Assembly: GCF_006345805.1 (NCBI RefSeq)
Contig: NC_042998.1
Location: 152,706,001 to 152,770,000 of the forward strand
DNA length: 64,000 nucleotides
DNA from: Octopus sinensis
Taxonomy: Eukaryota
Direction of reading: 5' to 3'
A program made the position numbers and the translations under genes. The notes beneath the pieces are model-generated. The model ran no database searches. It was not told the DNA's origin and worked only from the letters and a program-made list of their open reading frames with translations. The first letter of the stretch is position 1. Each line of letters begins with the position of its first letter. This document shows, piece after piece, positions 11,921-24,992 of this stretch.

Positions 11921-12990
11921 ACATATATTGATCATACAATCATAGAACAGTACACTATATCTAATCTTTTATTCTTTTAATTGTTTCAGTCATCTAACTG
12001 TGGACATTCTGGAGCATTACCTTAAAGGTTTTTTTAGTTGAAGAAATATATGATATTGTTACGGAATCACTCGTCGCTGCTCGCCCGAACGGGCAAGTTC
12101 GCCACGGAACCCAGAGAGAGGAGAGATACAACAACAACAACAACAGCAGCACAGAGAGATACAGAGGCAACAGAGAGAGACACAAAGAGGCAAGGCATAA
12201 CTGGCTTACATTTAACACTAGTTTATATGACAATCAATTGTTACACATCAAAGCATTTAAAGGAAACAACAAATCAATACAGGTATACAACAGATCAAAG
12301 CAATATATCAGCATTTCAAAGGTACACGTCCGAAGACACAGTTCTGTTTCAAAACACATCAACAAGTCATATACAGTTCGAAGGACATTAAAGGCCTAAC
12401 AGTTCAATTGTTCATTATACAATGTTCGTATCACAACAATTCACGTTACAATTCAAAGTCTTTAACGACTACATCAGAGTCCTTCTTTTTCTCTCTCTTT
12501 CTTCTTTCTCTTTTTTTCTTTTACAGTCTCTTTACATCGTAGCACGTATCAATACAATTAAATACCTTAATTCCTAATTAGAATGGCCAGTGTCCCATAT
12601 TGTAGTTCCTCTCTCTCAGTGCCGCTAGCTCCAACTTACCAAACTCTTGCCCCGAATTCCCAACTGCTCGCTTTGACGACCGAATACCAAATGTCCCCCT
12701 ATCACTACCCCTCAATCTGTCTCTACTGCTCATACCCTCTCCATCTGCTCTCAGCCCTAACTGCCTATCTCTATCCTCAATCTGTCTCTTAGCCTTATAC
12801 TCTCTCTATCTGCTCTCAGCCCTTACATCTCTCTGACCCCCAATCGACCGCACAAGGCCAAAAGGTCCCTCCAAAAAGCCATTACTCTTCCAGTAAACAA
12901 AGGGCTGTTGCTTTTCTTCCAAACGTGCCGGCACCACTCCCAAAAAGTGGGTCAAGAAATACTGCACTAGCCAAACCATAACACTACCCC

Positions 12991-14769
12991 CTACCTAAGC
13001 TTTGTCGACCCGACAAAAGCATAACAAACCCGCACCTCCGAGGGCGAGCTCCAGCAGATGTTCCAGGAACTGGAGGTCCCCTTGGGTGGTTTCTCCTCTG
13101 GGGGTCTCACCTCCCACGGCCACCACTTCACCACCGGCCACAGGTTGGCACCCTCCCTCTGCAGCTTGGGTGACACCTCTGCCAAGACCGCCAAGCTTCC
13201 TACGAGCTGCCTACAATAGGCGTACCGTCCGAGGAAGTTCCTCAAACCCCTCACACAGGCAGGGTCCGGCCAATCCTTCACAGTGGCCAACTTCCTCAGG
13301 GCTCTATACCCCACGTAGCATCTTGCTGTGCCATCTCCATTCCGCGCAATTATTGCCGACGACCAGGGACCATTCCGCTTTTCCACTATTCCCTGTCGCC
13401 GATATCTCCTCTTGCGCTGCCGTACTGGGACTTTCCTCCGGCCTCGCTGCTTCCTCAAGCGACGACCGCCTGGGTTGATGAAGCACTCCGCCATGTCCGT
13501 GCGACCAACATCCAACAACCCTCGCGACCAACGTCCTGCGCTCCTCACCAACGGTTGCTTCTTCCGCAACTGCATCGGTGGACCACCATCTCCTTTAACT
13601 GCATCACTGTATCGGCAGAACTGGCCCCGCCGCTGGTTCACCGTCCGGCGCAGTTCCACGATTTGCCCTCTGCAAATCGCCTGCGCAGCCTTCAATAAAT
13701 CGGCCGACCCAACCAGCGCCCTGTCAACCTCTGCCTCCACCAAGGTCCAGCCAACCCTCAATCGAGCCCTTACTATGCACTGCCTGTCGGGCGCCACCAG
13801 CCCCACGCAACCATTGAATACAGAGCTCACCCGAGTGCCAACCAAGCACCAGCGACTCCTTGCGGACCGCTTCCGCAACTGCATCAGTGGGCCACCATCT
13901 CCTTCAACTGCGTTGCCGTATCTGCAGAACTGGCCCCACCACTGGTTCGCCATCTGGCACGATTCCTCGATTTGCCTTCTACAAATCGCCTGTGCCACTT
14001 CCAAAAGATCGGCCGACCCAGCCAGCGCCCTGCCAGCTTCTGCTTCTACTAGGGTCCACCCGACCCTCAATTGAGCTTTTACTATGCACTGCCTGTCGGG
14101 CTCCACTGGCCCCAAGCAGCCATCAACCACAAAGCTCACCCAACACTGAAGCAGTCTTCCTGGTCTTGGTAGACCCACCACCGCTCGTAACCGTCTCGCC
14201 TCGCCAACGGGCTTGGTCCTTTTCCTCTCCAGCTTCTGCACCGAAGGCTTCACAACACGCACGCTCGGCCGCCAGTCCATCCACGCCTGTGGCCTCTCCA
14301 CAGTGGGAACCATACAGTCCTTCTGAGCCCCGAGAGACAGGGGCCCAGACACCAAAGGACTCGCACATGGCATAACATCCACCGCGACCATTACACACAG
14401 AGCCGGAACCTCGGACTTAGCGATATCCGCTCCCGACTTCGCCAGCTCTTCGTCCTGAGCTCCGAGAGACAGGGGTTGAGATGCCAAGGGCTCCAGACAC
14501 GGAACAACAGCATCAGCCATAACACATGCAGGGTTTTCGGTTTTCTTAACCTCTACGGGTTCCAAATCACAAGATTTCTTGGGTACAGCATCACAAATTT
14601 CGGCAACCAACCCAGGTTCCGGAACACTTCCTTCACGTCCAGCGTCACAAATTTCAGCAACCACTTCAAAGGGTTCTTCCGACCCACACTCTTCCCTTGA
14701 CGCTTCATTTGACGGGCAATCTCCGCCCACAGGACCGTTGCTATCCCCGGTCCAACACCGATCCTCCAA
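12991..14769 (-). CDS. 592-codon chimeric ORF of the LTR element: acidic repeats, duplicated protease-like module, RT fingers fused to RT thumb
   Basis: QGIVEKRNGPWSSAII...CYVGYRAL (RT fingers) is joined directly to VKDWPDP..VRGLRNFLGRYAYCRQ (RT thumb) with no YxDD. The track start is TTG; a likely ATG at 14938 lies in another frame, one frameshift upstream. Confidence 0.7.
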   Translation of the reverse strand: MEDRCWTGDSNGPVGGDCPSNEASREECGSEEPFEVVAEICDAGREGSVPEPGLVAEICDAVPKKSCDLEPVEVKKTENPACVMADAVVPCLEPLASQPLSLGAQDEELAKSGADIAKSEVPALCVMVAVDVMPCASPLVSGPLSLGAQKDCMVPTVERPQAWMDWRPSVRVVKPSVQKLERKRTKPVGEARRLRAVVGLPRPGRLLQCWVSFVVDGCLGPVEPDRQCIVKAQLRVGWTLVEAEAGRALAGSADLLEVAQAICRRQIEESCQMANQWWGQFCRYGNAVEGDGGPLMQLRKRSARSRWCLVGTRVSSVFNGCVGLVAPDRQCIVRARLRVGWTLVEAEVDRALVGSADLLKAAQAICRGQIVELRRTVNQRRGQFCRYSDAVKGDGGPPMQLRKKQPLVRSAGRWSRGLLDVGRTDMAECFINPGGRRLRKQRGRRKVPVRQRKRRYRRQGIVEKRNGPWSSAIIARNGDGTARCYVGYRALRKLATVKDWPDPACVRGLRNFLGRYAYCRQLVGSLAVLAEVSPKLQREGANLWPVVKWWPWEVRPPEEKPPKGTSSSWNICWSSPSEVRVCYAFVGSTKLR

Positions 14770-14972
14770 AGCTGACCCAACCGCAACCTCAAGCTCCTGC
14801 TGATCTGCCCACAGGCCCTGTCGCCTTGTCCATTCTTTCTAAGAATGTGTTCGTCTGCGTCAATTGGCCCCTCAACATCTCTATAATCAGGGCAAGCGAA
14901 ATCTCCTCGTCTCCGGTCTGACAACCAGACGAATCCATAGCGAAAAAGCCGATCGAGCGCAGCAATCAGGAC

Positions 14973-14992
14973 AATCCCAACTTCTGACACCA
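14973..14992 (-). promoter_or_regulatory. Primer-binding site, tRNA-Leu-like
   Basis: Minus-strand TGGTGTCAGAAGTTGGGATT two bases after the LTR end, complementary (with one extra base) to the tRNA-Leu 3' end AAUCCCACUUCUGACACCA as I recall it. Confidence 0.7.
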
Positions 14993-16588
14993 ATTGTTAC
15001 GGAATCACCTGTCGCCGCTCGCCCGAACGGGCAAGTTCGCCACGGAACCCAGAGAGAGGAGAGATACAACAACAACAGCAGCAGCAGCACAGGGAGATAC
15101 ATAGGCAACCAAGAGAGACACAAAACAGCAAGGCAACAACTGGCTTACATTTAACAATTAGTTTATGACAATCAATTGTTACAACATCAAAGCATTTAAA
15201 GGAAACAACAAATCAATACAGGTATACAACAGATCAAAGCATTTAAACATGCAAGTAACAATATAACAGTCGGTATTCGGTCGTCAAAGCAAGCGGTTGG
15301 ATTCAGGAGCTTGGCAAGTTGGAGCTAGCGGCGCTGGGAGAGAGAGACTACAATATGGGACACTGGCTATTCTAATTAGGAATTAAGGCATTTAATTGTA
15401 TTGATAGGTGCTACGATGTAAAGAGACTGTAGAAGGAAAAAAGAATTGGTGTATTGAACAGTGAAAAGAACTGAGACAGTGAAATGAACAATGTGAATTG
15501 TGTAAAGACATTTTGTACAGTGTTGTGATTTGAACATTGTATAATGTCCTTCGAACTGTATATGACTTGTTGCGTCGTTACCGGACTATTATATTGTTAC
15601 TTGCATGTTTAAATGCTTTGATCTGTTGTATAGCTGTATTGATTTGTTGTTTCCTTTAAATGCTTTGATGTTGTAACAATTGATTGTCATAAACTAGTTG
15701 TTAAATGTAAGCCAGTTGTTGCCGTTTTGTGTCTCTCTCGGTTGCCTCTGTATCTCTCTGTGCTGCTGCTGCTGTTGTTGTATCTCTCCTCTCTCTGGGT
15801 TCCGTGGCGAACTTGCCCGTTCGAGCGAGCGGCGACGGGTGATTCCGTAACAATATATATATATATATTATATATATATATATGTATATTATATTATATT
15901 ATAAATATATATATATATGTTATTATATTATATATAATATATATATATGTATATTATATTATATTAAAATATATATATATGTATATTATATTATATTATA
16001 ATATATATATATATATATGTATATTATATTATATTATAAATATATATATATATATGTATATTATATTATAAATATATATATATATATTATATATATATGT
16101 ATATTATATTATATTATAAATTATATATATATATTATATTATATTATATTAAAATATATATATATGTATATTATATTATATTATTTATAAATATATATAT
16201 ATATGTATATTATATTATATATAATATATATATATATAGTATATTATATTATATTATATTATAAATATATATATATATTATGTATATTATATTATAAATA
16301 TATATATATGTATATTATTTATAAATATATATATATATATATTATATTATATTATATTATATTATAAATATATATTATATATATATATGTATATTATATT
16401 ATATTATAATATATATATATGTATATTATATTATATTATAATATATATATATATATGTATATTATATTATATTATAAATATATATATATATATATATTAT
16501 ATTATATTATATTATAAATATATATATATATAATATATATATATATATATGTATATTATATTATTATAAATATATATATATATGTATA

Positions 16589-19199
16589 TGATTGATTGAT
16601 TGATTGATTCTAGTTTCAGCTCATGAGCTGTGGCCATGCTGGGGCACCGCCATTTGGTGTTGCTACTTGGTTTTACTTCATGAAAGCTTTTTAGCAACTG
16701 CCATTTGGTGCATGAGAGAGTTCGATGCAGCTGCCCTCATCTGCACCTCCTGCCGTGAAGTTGGTTCATCTGGGACACCTGACAGGAAGAGATCCAGTTC
16801 CATTTTAAAGACATCTGCATCCACCCCATGCAGGTCTCTCAGGTTCTTCGGGAGGATATTGAAGAGCTGTGGGCCTCGGAAGCCCAGGCTATCACAGTAT
16901 CTTGTCCTACATCTTGATAGCAAATTTGGAGTCCTAGGCACCACGCAGTGGCGCCCAGTTCTGGCATTTGTGTAACTCTCAATGCTAAAGTTTGGGACAC
17001 TTCCCTCCAGGATCTTCTAGATGTATATTATGGCATATCTTTCCCGCCTACGCTCCAAGGAATATAGTTTTAATCTCTTGAGTCTTTCCCAGTAGCTTAC
17101 ATTCTGCATAGAGGCTATCTTTGTGTAGCTACGCTGGATCGCCTCGAGCTCTGTGATCAACTTGACACTGGATGGTGACCATAACTGAGAGCAGTAGTCA
17201 AAGTGGCTTAGGACAAGTGTCCTCCAGAGGACCATCATGGTTTCTTATTCTCTTGTTCTAAAGGTTCTGAGAATCCATCCGGCCAGTCGTCTACATTTCA
17301 TTGCCAATTTAGCAACATGTACATGAAAGGTTGCGTCATCACTCATGTAAATACCCAGGTCACGCACTGATTGTGCCTCTGGGATTGCTATTCCTCCGGG
17401 TCCAGTGTATTCATTGGGTATTGCATTTAGTTTTGCATGCTGATAGTATAAAGCTTGAAACTTTTCAGCATTGAACTGCATGCTATTCTTTTCAGCCCAC
17501 TTGTATATTTTGTCTAGCTCACATTGCAGGCGTTTAGGGTCCTCAGGGTTCTGTATTGCCTGTGAAACTTTTGTATCATCTGCATAACTTGTGATCGTGG
17601 CTCTCTGCGTGGCTGAGGGCATGCCTGAGAGGGCCATTATGAACAGTAGTGGTCCCAGAACAGTGCCCTGCGGAACACCGCTCACTATTTGCATGTTAAT
17701 GGAAGTGGCCCCATTGGCTACTACCACCTGACTTCTATCTTTCAGAAAGTCATGAAGCCATTCTCCCAGTTTTCCAACTATGTTGAGATCACGCAGTTTG
17801 TGACATGTCATTCCATGATTGACTTTATCAAAGGCCTTTGCAAAGTCGAGATATATCACTTCCACATTAGAGTGGTTGAGCAGCCGTTTCAGCACCCAGT
17901 CATAGTGTTGTAGGAGCTGAGTTAAACAGCTTCTCCCTGGTCGGAAACCATGTTGGGTGTCGGGCAGCAAGTCATTTTCTTCAAGGAAGGTGATCAGTTT
18001 CCTTCTGACTATTCGTTCCATGACCTTGCTGATGTGTGAGGTCAGAGAGATAGGTCTGTAGTTCTTGGCCTCCGCTCTGCTACCTCCTTTATGAATGGGG
18101 CATATTTTACCTTCCTTCAATTTTCTTGGAAGTTTGCCAGCTGCAAGGAAGCTCTGAAAGAGGAACTGCAGTGGTCTTGCTAGGACTCTCTTACATGCTT
18201 TTAGGAGGATTGTCGGGAATCCATCGGGGCCAGTAGCTGAGTCTGTTTTCATTTCAACTATAGCCTTTATTACATCGTCTTCCTTTATATCGATGTAATT
18301 TATCGTCGCCGCCTCTGATTTTATATCTGCAGTGGTAAAGAAGTCAGTTGGATTGGTGATTTGGAGATGCCCAAGGGGTGGGATGAAAACACTCTTGAAT
18401 TGCTCATTCAGTATTTCACTTACCCTCATTGGTTTTCCTGTGAGTGTGCCATCCTTTTTGAGGAGTGGCCCTATTCTACAGTGCACCGTAGCTGTTTCTT
18501 TGGCATACCTGTAGAAAGCTCTGGGGTTAGATTTTATGTTGTCTATAGCCCAGGCTTCTTTGTCTGCTCTTTCCTTTTCATGGGAGAGTTGCAGACATTT
18601 TTCAATTTCCAACAGTTTTATTTTTAGGCGGGACTTTTCATTGCTTTCAATCTGTTTGTTTAGGCGATTTGAAATTTTTGTACGCCGTCTCATTAAAATT
18701 TTCCTCTCTCTGGGGATTTTGTTCTTGTGTACAGTGGCCTTTCTCTCTGGGACACATTTGTAGCATATGGCTTGCATTACAGACATGAATTGTTGAAGTT
18801 TCACGTCGATGTCTGGCGAGGAGAGACATTTAGGCCAGTCTTGTTTGAGGATCTCTTTCTCAATTTGTTTCCAGTTTGCCTTATGGAAGTTCAAGCTGGA
18901 AAGATTCTGAGGGTTTCTTGTAGGCTGCATGTCCGTGCTCTCTTTTGGCCCGTACATGGTCAGCTCTACCATGTTGTGATCCGAGAGTAGTGTCGGTGTC
19001 ACTTTCACATTATGGATGAGATCCATGTCATTTGTGAAGCAGAGATCCAGTGTGTTACCTGCCCTGGTTGGAGTATTACTTGCTCCATGTACAGGGTGTT
19101 GATGAAGTTCAGGAGGGACCTCGCCTGTCCTCGTTCACATCTTGTCATTCCTGGGAGAGAAAGGCCCTCGGGCCATCTGACATTGGGTAGATTGAAGTC
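16589..19199 (-). mobile_element. CR1/L2-group LINE, 5' truncated, with (TCAA)n tail
   Basis: RT ORF 17245-19026 plus C-terminal pieces (HFDYCSQLWSP, LYSLERRRERY); tail gattgattgatt at 16589-16609. Confidence 0.9.
17245..19026 (-). CDS. LINE reverse transcriptase (593 aa open segment of ORF2)
   Basis: Motifs KNYRPISLTS, QHGFRPGRSC, YLDFAKAFDKV, GVPQGTVLGPLLF, YADDTK, VRDLGI. Confidence 0.92.
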   Translation of the reverse strand: MDLIHNVKVTPTLLSDHNMVELTMYGPKESTDMQPTRNPQNLSSLNFHKANWKQIEKEILKQDWPKCLSSPDIDVKLQQFMSVMQAICYKCVPERKATVHKNKIPRERKILMRRRTKISNRLNKQIESNEKSRLKIKLLEIEKCLQLSHEKERADKEAWAIDNIKSNPRAFYRYAKETATVHCRIGPLLKKDGTLTGKPMRVSEILNEQFKSVFIPPLGHLQITNPTDFFTTADIKSEAATINYIDIKEDDVIKAIVEMKTDSATGPDGFPTILLKACKRVLARPLQFLFQSFLAAGKLPRKLKEGKICPIHKGGSRAEAKNYRPISLTSHISKVMERIVRRKLITFLEENDLLPDTQHGFRPGRSCLTQLLQHYDWVLKRLLNHSNVEVIYLDFAKAFDKVNHGMTCHKLRDLNIVGKLGEWLHDFLKDRSQVVVANGATSINMQIVSGVPQGTVLGPLLFIMALSGMPSATQRATITSYADDTKVSQAIQNPEDPKRLQCELDKIYKWAEKNSMQFNAEKFQALYYQHAKLNAIPNEYTGPGGIAIPEAQSVRDLGIYMSDDATFHVHVAKLAMKCRRLAGWILRTFRTRE

Positions 19200-19229
19200 T
19201 ATATATATTATAAATATATATATATATAT

Positions 19230-19873
19230 GGAGGACACTTGTCCTAAGCCACTTTGACTATTGCTCTCAGTTATGGTCACCATCCAGTGTCAAGTTGATC
19301 ACAGAGCTCGAGGCGATCCAGCGTAGCTACACGAAGAAGATAGCCTCTATGCAGAATGTAAGCTACTGGGAAAGACTCAAGAGATTAAAACTATATTCCT
19401 TGGAGCGTAGGTAGGAAAGATATGCCATAATATACATCTGGAAGATCCTGGAGGGACGTGTCCTAAACTTTGGCATCGAGAGTTACACAAATGCCAGAAC
19501 TGGGCGCCACTGCGTGGTGCCTAGGACTCCAACTTTGCTATCAAGATGTAGGACAAGATACTGTGATAGCCTGGGCTTCCGTGGCCCACAGCTCTTCAAT
19601 ATCCTCCCGAAGAACCTGAGAGACCTGCATGGGGTGGATGCAGATGTCTTTAAAATGGAACTGGATCTCTTCCTGTCAGGTGTCCCAGATGAACCAACTT
19701 CACGGCAGGAGGTGCAGATGAGGGCAGCTGCATCGAACTCTCTCATGCATCAAATGGCAGTTGCTAAAAAGCTTTCGTGAAGTAAAACCAAGTAGCAACA
19801 CCAAATGGCAGTGCCCCAGCATGGCCACAGCTCATGAGCTGAAACTAGAATCAATCAATCAATCAATCAATCA
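19230..19873 (+). mobile_element. Second copy of the same LINE (3' ~640 bp), opposite orientation
   Basis: Reverse complement of 16589-17230 with few substitutions; ends ...ctgaaactagaatcaatcaatc. Confidence 0.9.
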
Positions 19874-20046
19874 TATATATATATATGTATATTATATTAT
19901 ATTATAAATATATATATATATATGTATATTATATTATATTATATATATATATATGTATATTATATTATATTATAAATATATATATATATATATATGTATA
20001 TTATATTATAAATATATATATATATAATATGATATATATATTATAT

Positions 20047-20099
<53 letters not shown>

Positions 20100-20667
20100 T
20101 ATATTATATTATAAAATAAATATAAGAGAGTGGTCACTATATTGCTCACTCTAGCACCAGTTAATCCAAAAGGTTTCAACCACGAAAATAAATGTTTCCC
20201 ATGAAAGCCAAAATATATATATATGTATATTATATTATATTATAAATATATATATATATATGTATATTATATTGTATTATAAATATATATATATATATAT
20301 GTATATTATATTATATTATAATATATATATATGTATATATATTATATTATAAATATATATATATATGTATATTATATTATATTATAAATATATATATATA
20401 TGTATATTATATTATAAATATTATATATATATATGTATATATTATAAATATATATATATATATGTATATTATATTATATTATAAATATATATATATATAT
20501 ATGTATATTATATTATATTATAAATATATATATATATATATATATGTATAATATTTTATATTAAAATATATATATATATATATCTATATTATATTATAAT
20601 ATAAATATATATATATAATATATATATATATAATATATATATATATATATTAGTATATTATATGTGT

Positions 20668-20703
<36 letters not shown>

Positions 20704-21189
20704 ATATATTATATTATAAATATATATATATATATATGTATATTATATTATATTATATTATAAATATATATATTGTATATGTATATTATATTATATTATA
20801 TTATAAATATATAGTATATGTATATTATATTATATTATAAATAATATATATGTATATGTAGTATATATTATATTATAAAATAATATATATGTATATGTAT
20901 ATTATATTATAAATATATATATATATAGTTATATTATATTATATTATAAATATATATATATATGTATATTATATTATATTATAAATATATATATATATAT
21001 ATATATGTATATTATATTATATATAATATATATTATATATATATATATATAATATATATATATATTATATTATATTATAAATATATATATATGTATATTA
21101 TATTATATTATAAATATATATATATATTATATATATTATAAAATTATATATATATTTATATATATATATATAATATGTATATATATATT

Positions 21190-21222
<33 letters not shown>

Positions 21223-21223
21223 T

Positions 21224-21262
<39 letters not shown>

Positions 21263-21344
21263 GTATATGTATATATATATGTATATATATATATGTTATA
21301 TATATTATATATAATATATGTATATATGTATATACATATATATG

Positions 21345-21378
<34 letters not shown>

Positions 21379-21410
21379 GATATATGTATGTACTTATATA
21401 TATATATATA

Positions 21411-22700
21411 TCAAATCAAAAAAAAAAAAAAAAGATGAACATGAATGGAATTTGTATCTTTGTGGTACCAGTGCCGGTGGCACACAAGAAAACCATCCGA
21501 ACGTGGCGGTAGCCAGTACCGCATCGACTGGCCTCTGTGCTGTGGGCACATAAACACCATCTGATCGTGGCCGTTCGCCAGCCTCATCTGGCACCTATGT
21601 CGGTGGCACATAAAAACACCATCTGAAGACCCGGCAAGACTAGCCTCATCTGGCACCTGTGTCGGTGGCACATAAAAACACCATCCGAAGACCCGGCAAG
21701 ACTAGTCAGACCATAACCCGTGGCCCCTACCTGGGATGTAGTCAGTCCACCTGTGCATACCTTCCTTCTTGTGACACTTGTGAAGACCTGTTGAGGCAAG
21801 TGAAAATCAAAATCAAAACAAATCAAAATAGATGAACATCAATGGAATTTGTATCTTTGTGATACCAGTGCCGGTGGCACACAAGAGAACTATCCGAACG
21901 TGGCCGTAGCCAGTACTGCATCGACTGGCCTCTGTGCTGTGGGCACATAACAAACACCATCCGATCGTGGCCGTTTGCCAGCCTCATCTGGCACCTGTGT
22001 CGGTGGCACATAAAAACACCATCCGAAGACCCGGCAAGACTAGCCTCATCTGGCACCTGTGTCGGTGGCACATAAAAACACCATCCGAAGACCCGGCAAG
22101 ACTAGTCAGACCATAACCCGTGGCCCCTACCTGGGACGTAGTCAGTCCACCTGTGCATACCTTCCTTCCTTCTTGTGACACTTGTGAAGACCTGTTGAGG
22201 CAAGTGAAAATCAAAATCAAATCAAATCAAAACAAATCAAAATAGATGAAATCAATGGAATTTATCTTTGTGGTACAAGTGCCGGTGGCACACAAGAAAA
22301 CCATCCGAACGTGGCGGTAGCCAGTACCGCATCGATGGCCTCCGTGCTGTGGGCACGTAACAAACACCATCCGATCGTGGCCGTTCGCCAGCCTCATCTG
22401 GCACCTGTGTCGGTGGCACATAAAAACACCATCCGAGCGTGGCCGTCTGCCAGCCTCGTCTGGCACCTGTGTCGGTGGCACATAAAAAACACCATCCGAG
22501 CGTGGCCGTTCGCCAGCCTCGTCTGGCACCTGTGTCGGTGGCACATAAAATAATCCACTACACTCTCGGAGTGGTTGGCGTTAGGAAGGGCATGCAGCTG
22601 TAGAAACCTGCCAGATCTGACTGGCCTGGTGCAGCCCTGGGGCTCCCCAGACCCCAGTTGGAAAACGGACGCTAAATGATGATGATGATGATGATGATGA
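21411..22700 (+). repeat. RTE 3'-UTR tandem array (three ~400-bp units) ending in RTE tail and (GAT)n
   Basis: Unit starts (agatgaa) at 21433, 21830 and 22244; sub-repeat ccagcctcatctggcacctgtgtcggtggcacataaaaacaccatccga; tail ggcgttaggaagggc...taaatgatgatg. Confidence 0.85.
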
Positions 22701-22796
22701 TATATATATGTATATATATATATATGTATATATATATATGTATATATATATATATGTATATATATACATATATATGTATATATATATACATAATGA

Positions 22797-23105
22797 AGGG
22801 TGAAATTAATTAATTTGGAATAATTATCAATTACACCAAGTAGTCTTCGGCATGTAAAAGCCTCATTCGAGGAAAATTTAAGTAATACTAAGCAATAAAG
22901 GGTTTAGCAACGAATTGCCTTACCACATACCGAATTTAGAAACAGCAGTCAAAGAGTTATAGCTATTTCTTCTACTAAAAGGGAGATCTTACTGAGATCT
23001 CCCTTTTTAGTAGAAGAAATATGCTATAACTCTTTGACTGCTATTTCTAAATTCGGTATGTGGTAAGGCAATTCGTTGCTAAACCCTTTATTGCTTAGTA
23101 TTACT
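22797..23105. repeat. Fold-back fragment of the 582-bp HHR repeat family
   Basis: 22797-22989 matches 58277-58468; arm 22881-22989 pairs with 22995-23105 around loop tactg. Confidence 0.88.
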
Positions 23106-23633
23106 AATATATACATATATATATATATGTATATATATATATATGTATATATATACATATTATGTATATATATATACATATATATATGTATATATATATA
23201 TGTGTATATATATATATGTATATATATACATATATATGTATAATATATATGTATATAATATATTGTATATATATACATATATAGTTATAATATATAATGT
23301 ATATATATACATATATATGTATATATATATACATATATATATATACATATATATGTATATATTACATATATATATATACATATATATGTATATATATATA
23401 CATATATATATATACATATATATATATGTATATATATATATGTATATATATATATATGTATATATATACATATATATGTATATATATACATATATATGTA
23501 TATATATATACAATATATATATATGTATATATATGTATATGTATATATATGTATATGTATGTATATATTACATATATATATATACATATATATATATGTA
23601 TTATATGTATATGTATATATATGTATATGTATA

Positions 23634-23665
<32 letters not shown>

Positions 23666-23774
23666 AGATATATATATATATATTATATATGTATATATAT
23701 TATATATGTATGTATATATATATATATATATGTATGTATATATATATAGATATACATGTATATATATATATATG

Positions 23775-23840
<66 letters not shown>

Positions 23841-23845
23841 GTATG

Positions 23846-23878
<33 letters not shown>

Positions 23879-23879
23879 G

Positions 23880-23915
<36 letters not shown>

Positions 23916-24083
23916 ATATATATATAATATATGATGTATATATATATATAATATGTATATATATATATATATGAATATATATATGTATGTATATATATAT
24001 ATGTATGTATATATATATATACATGTGTGATATATATATATATATTATATATATGTATATATATATAATATATATATATATAC

Positions 24084-24126
<43 letters not shown>

Positions 24127-24185
24127 TATATTATATGTATGTATATATATGTATATATATATATATGTATGTATAATATGTATGT

Positions 24186-24229
<44 letters not shown>

Positions 24230-24287
24230 GTATGTATGTATATATATATATGTATGTATATATAAATATGTATGTATAGATTATATA

Positions 24288-24332
<45 letters not shown>

Positions 24333-24395
24333 GTATATATATATATATATGTATATATAATATGTGTGTGTGTGTGTATATATATATATATGTTG

Positions 24396-24427
<32 letters not shown>

Positions 24428-24443
24428 TATATTGATATTATAT

Positions 24444-24477
<34 letters not shown>

Positions 24478-24676
24478 TATATATATAATATATATATATG
24501 TATATATATATGTATGTATGTATATATATGTATGTATAATATATATGTATGTATATATATATATATATATGATAGATATATATATTATATATAATATATG
24601 TTATATATATATATGTATATATATATATATAGTATATATAATATATGTGTGTGTGTGTATATATATATATATGGTG

Positions 24677-24708
<32 letters not shown>

Positions 24709-24721
24709 TAATATATATGTG

Positions 24722-24753
<32 letters not shown>

Positions 24754-24778
24754 GTATGTATATATATATGTATATATA

Positions 24779-24822
<44 letters not shown>

Positions 24823-24992
24823 ATATATATATATGTATGTATATATATATATATGTATGTATATATATATATATGTACGTATATATATATATAGTATGTA
24901 TATATATATATATGTATGTATATATATATATATATGATATCTATATGTATATGTATATATATATATATGTATTGTATATATATATATATATA
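23106..24992. repeat. Compound (TA)n/(TATG)n microsatellite
   Basis: Sequence consists almost entirely of TA, TATG and CATA units. Confidence 0.95.

Larger units (their letters stand above)
12057..15852 (-). mobile_element. Non-autonomous Gypsy-type LTR retroelement with rearranged 5' LTR
   Basis: 3' LTR 12057-12982 (TGTTA...TAACA), PPT aggtagggggtag just upstream on the minus strand, PBS at 14973-14992, partial LTR 14995-15272 followed by inverted LTR 15273-15852. ATAT flanks both ends. Confidence 0.85.
15853..21410. repeat. AT-only minisatellite (~30-35-bp unit, atattatattatattataaatatatatatatatgt) split by two LINE insertions
   Basis: The same unit in the same orientation occurs at 15853-16588, 19200-19229 and 19874-21410. 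Confidence 0.85.

Noticed and set aside
13002-14803. Plus-strand ORFs overlapping the LTR internal ORF
   Set aside because: Antisense shadows of a GC-rich reading frame with no recognisable motifs.
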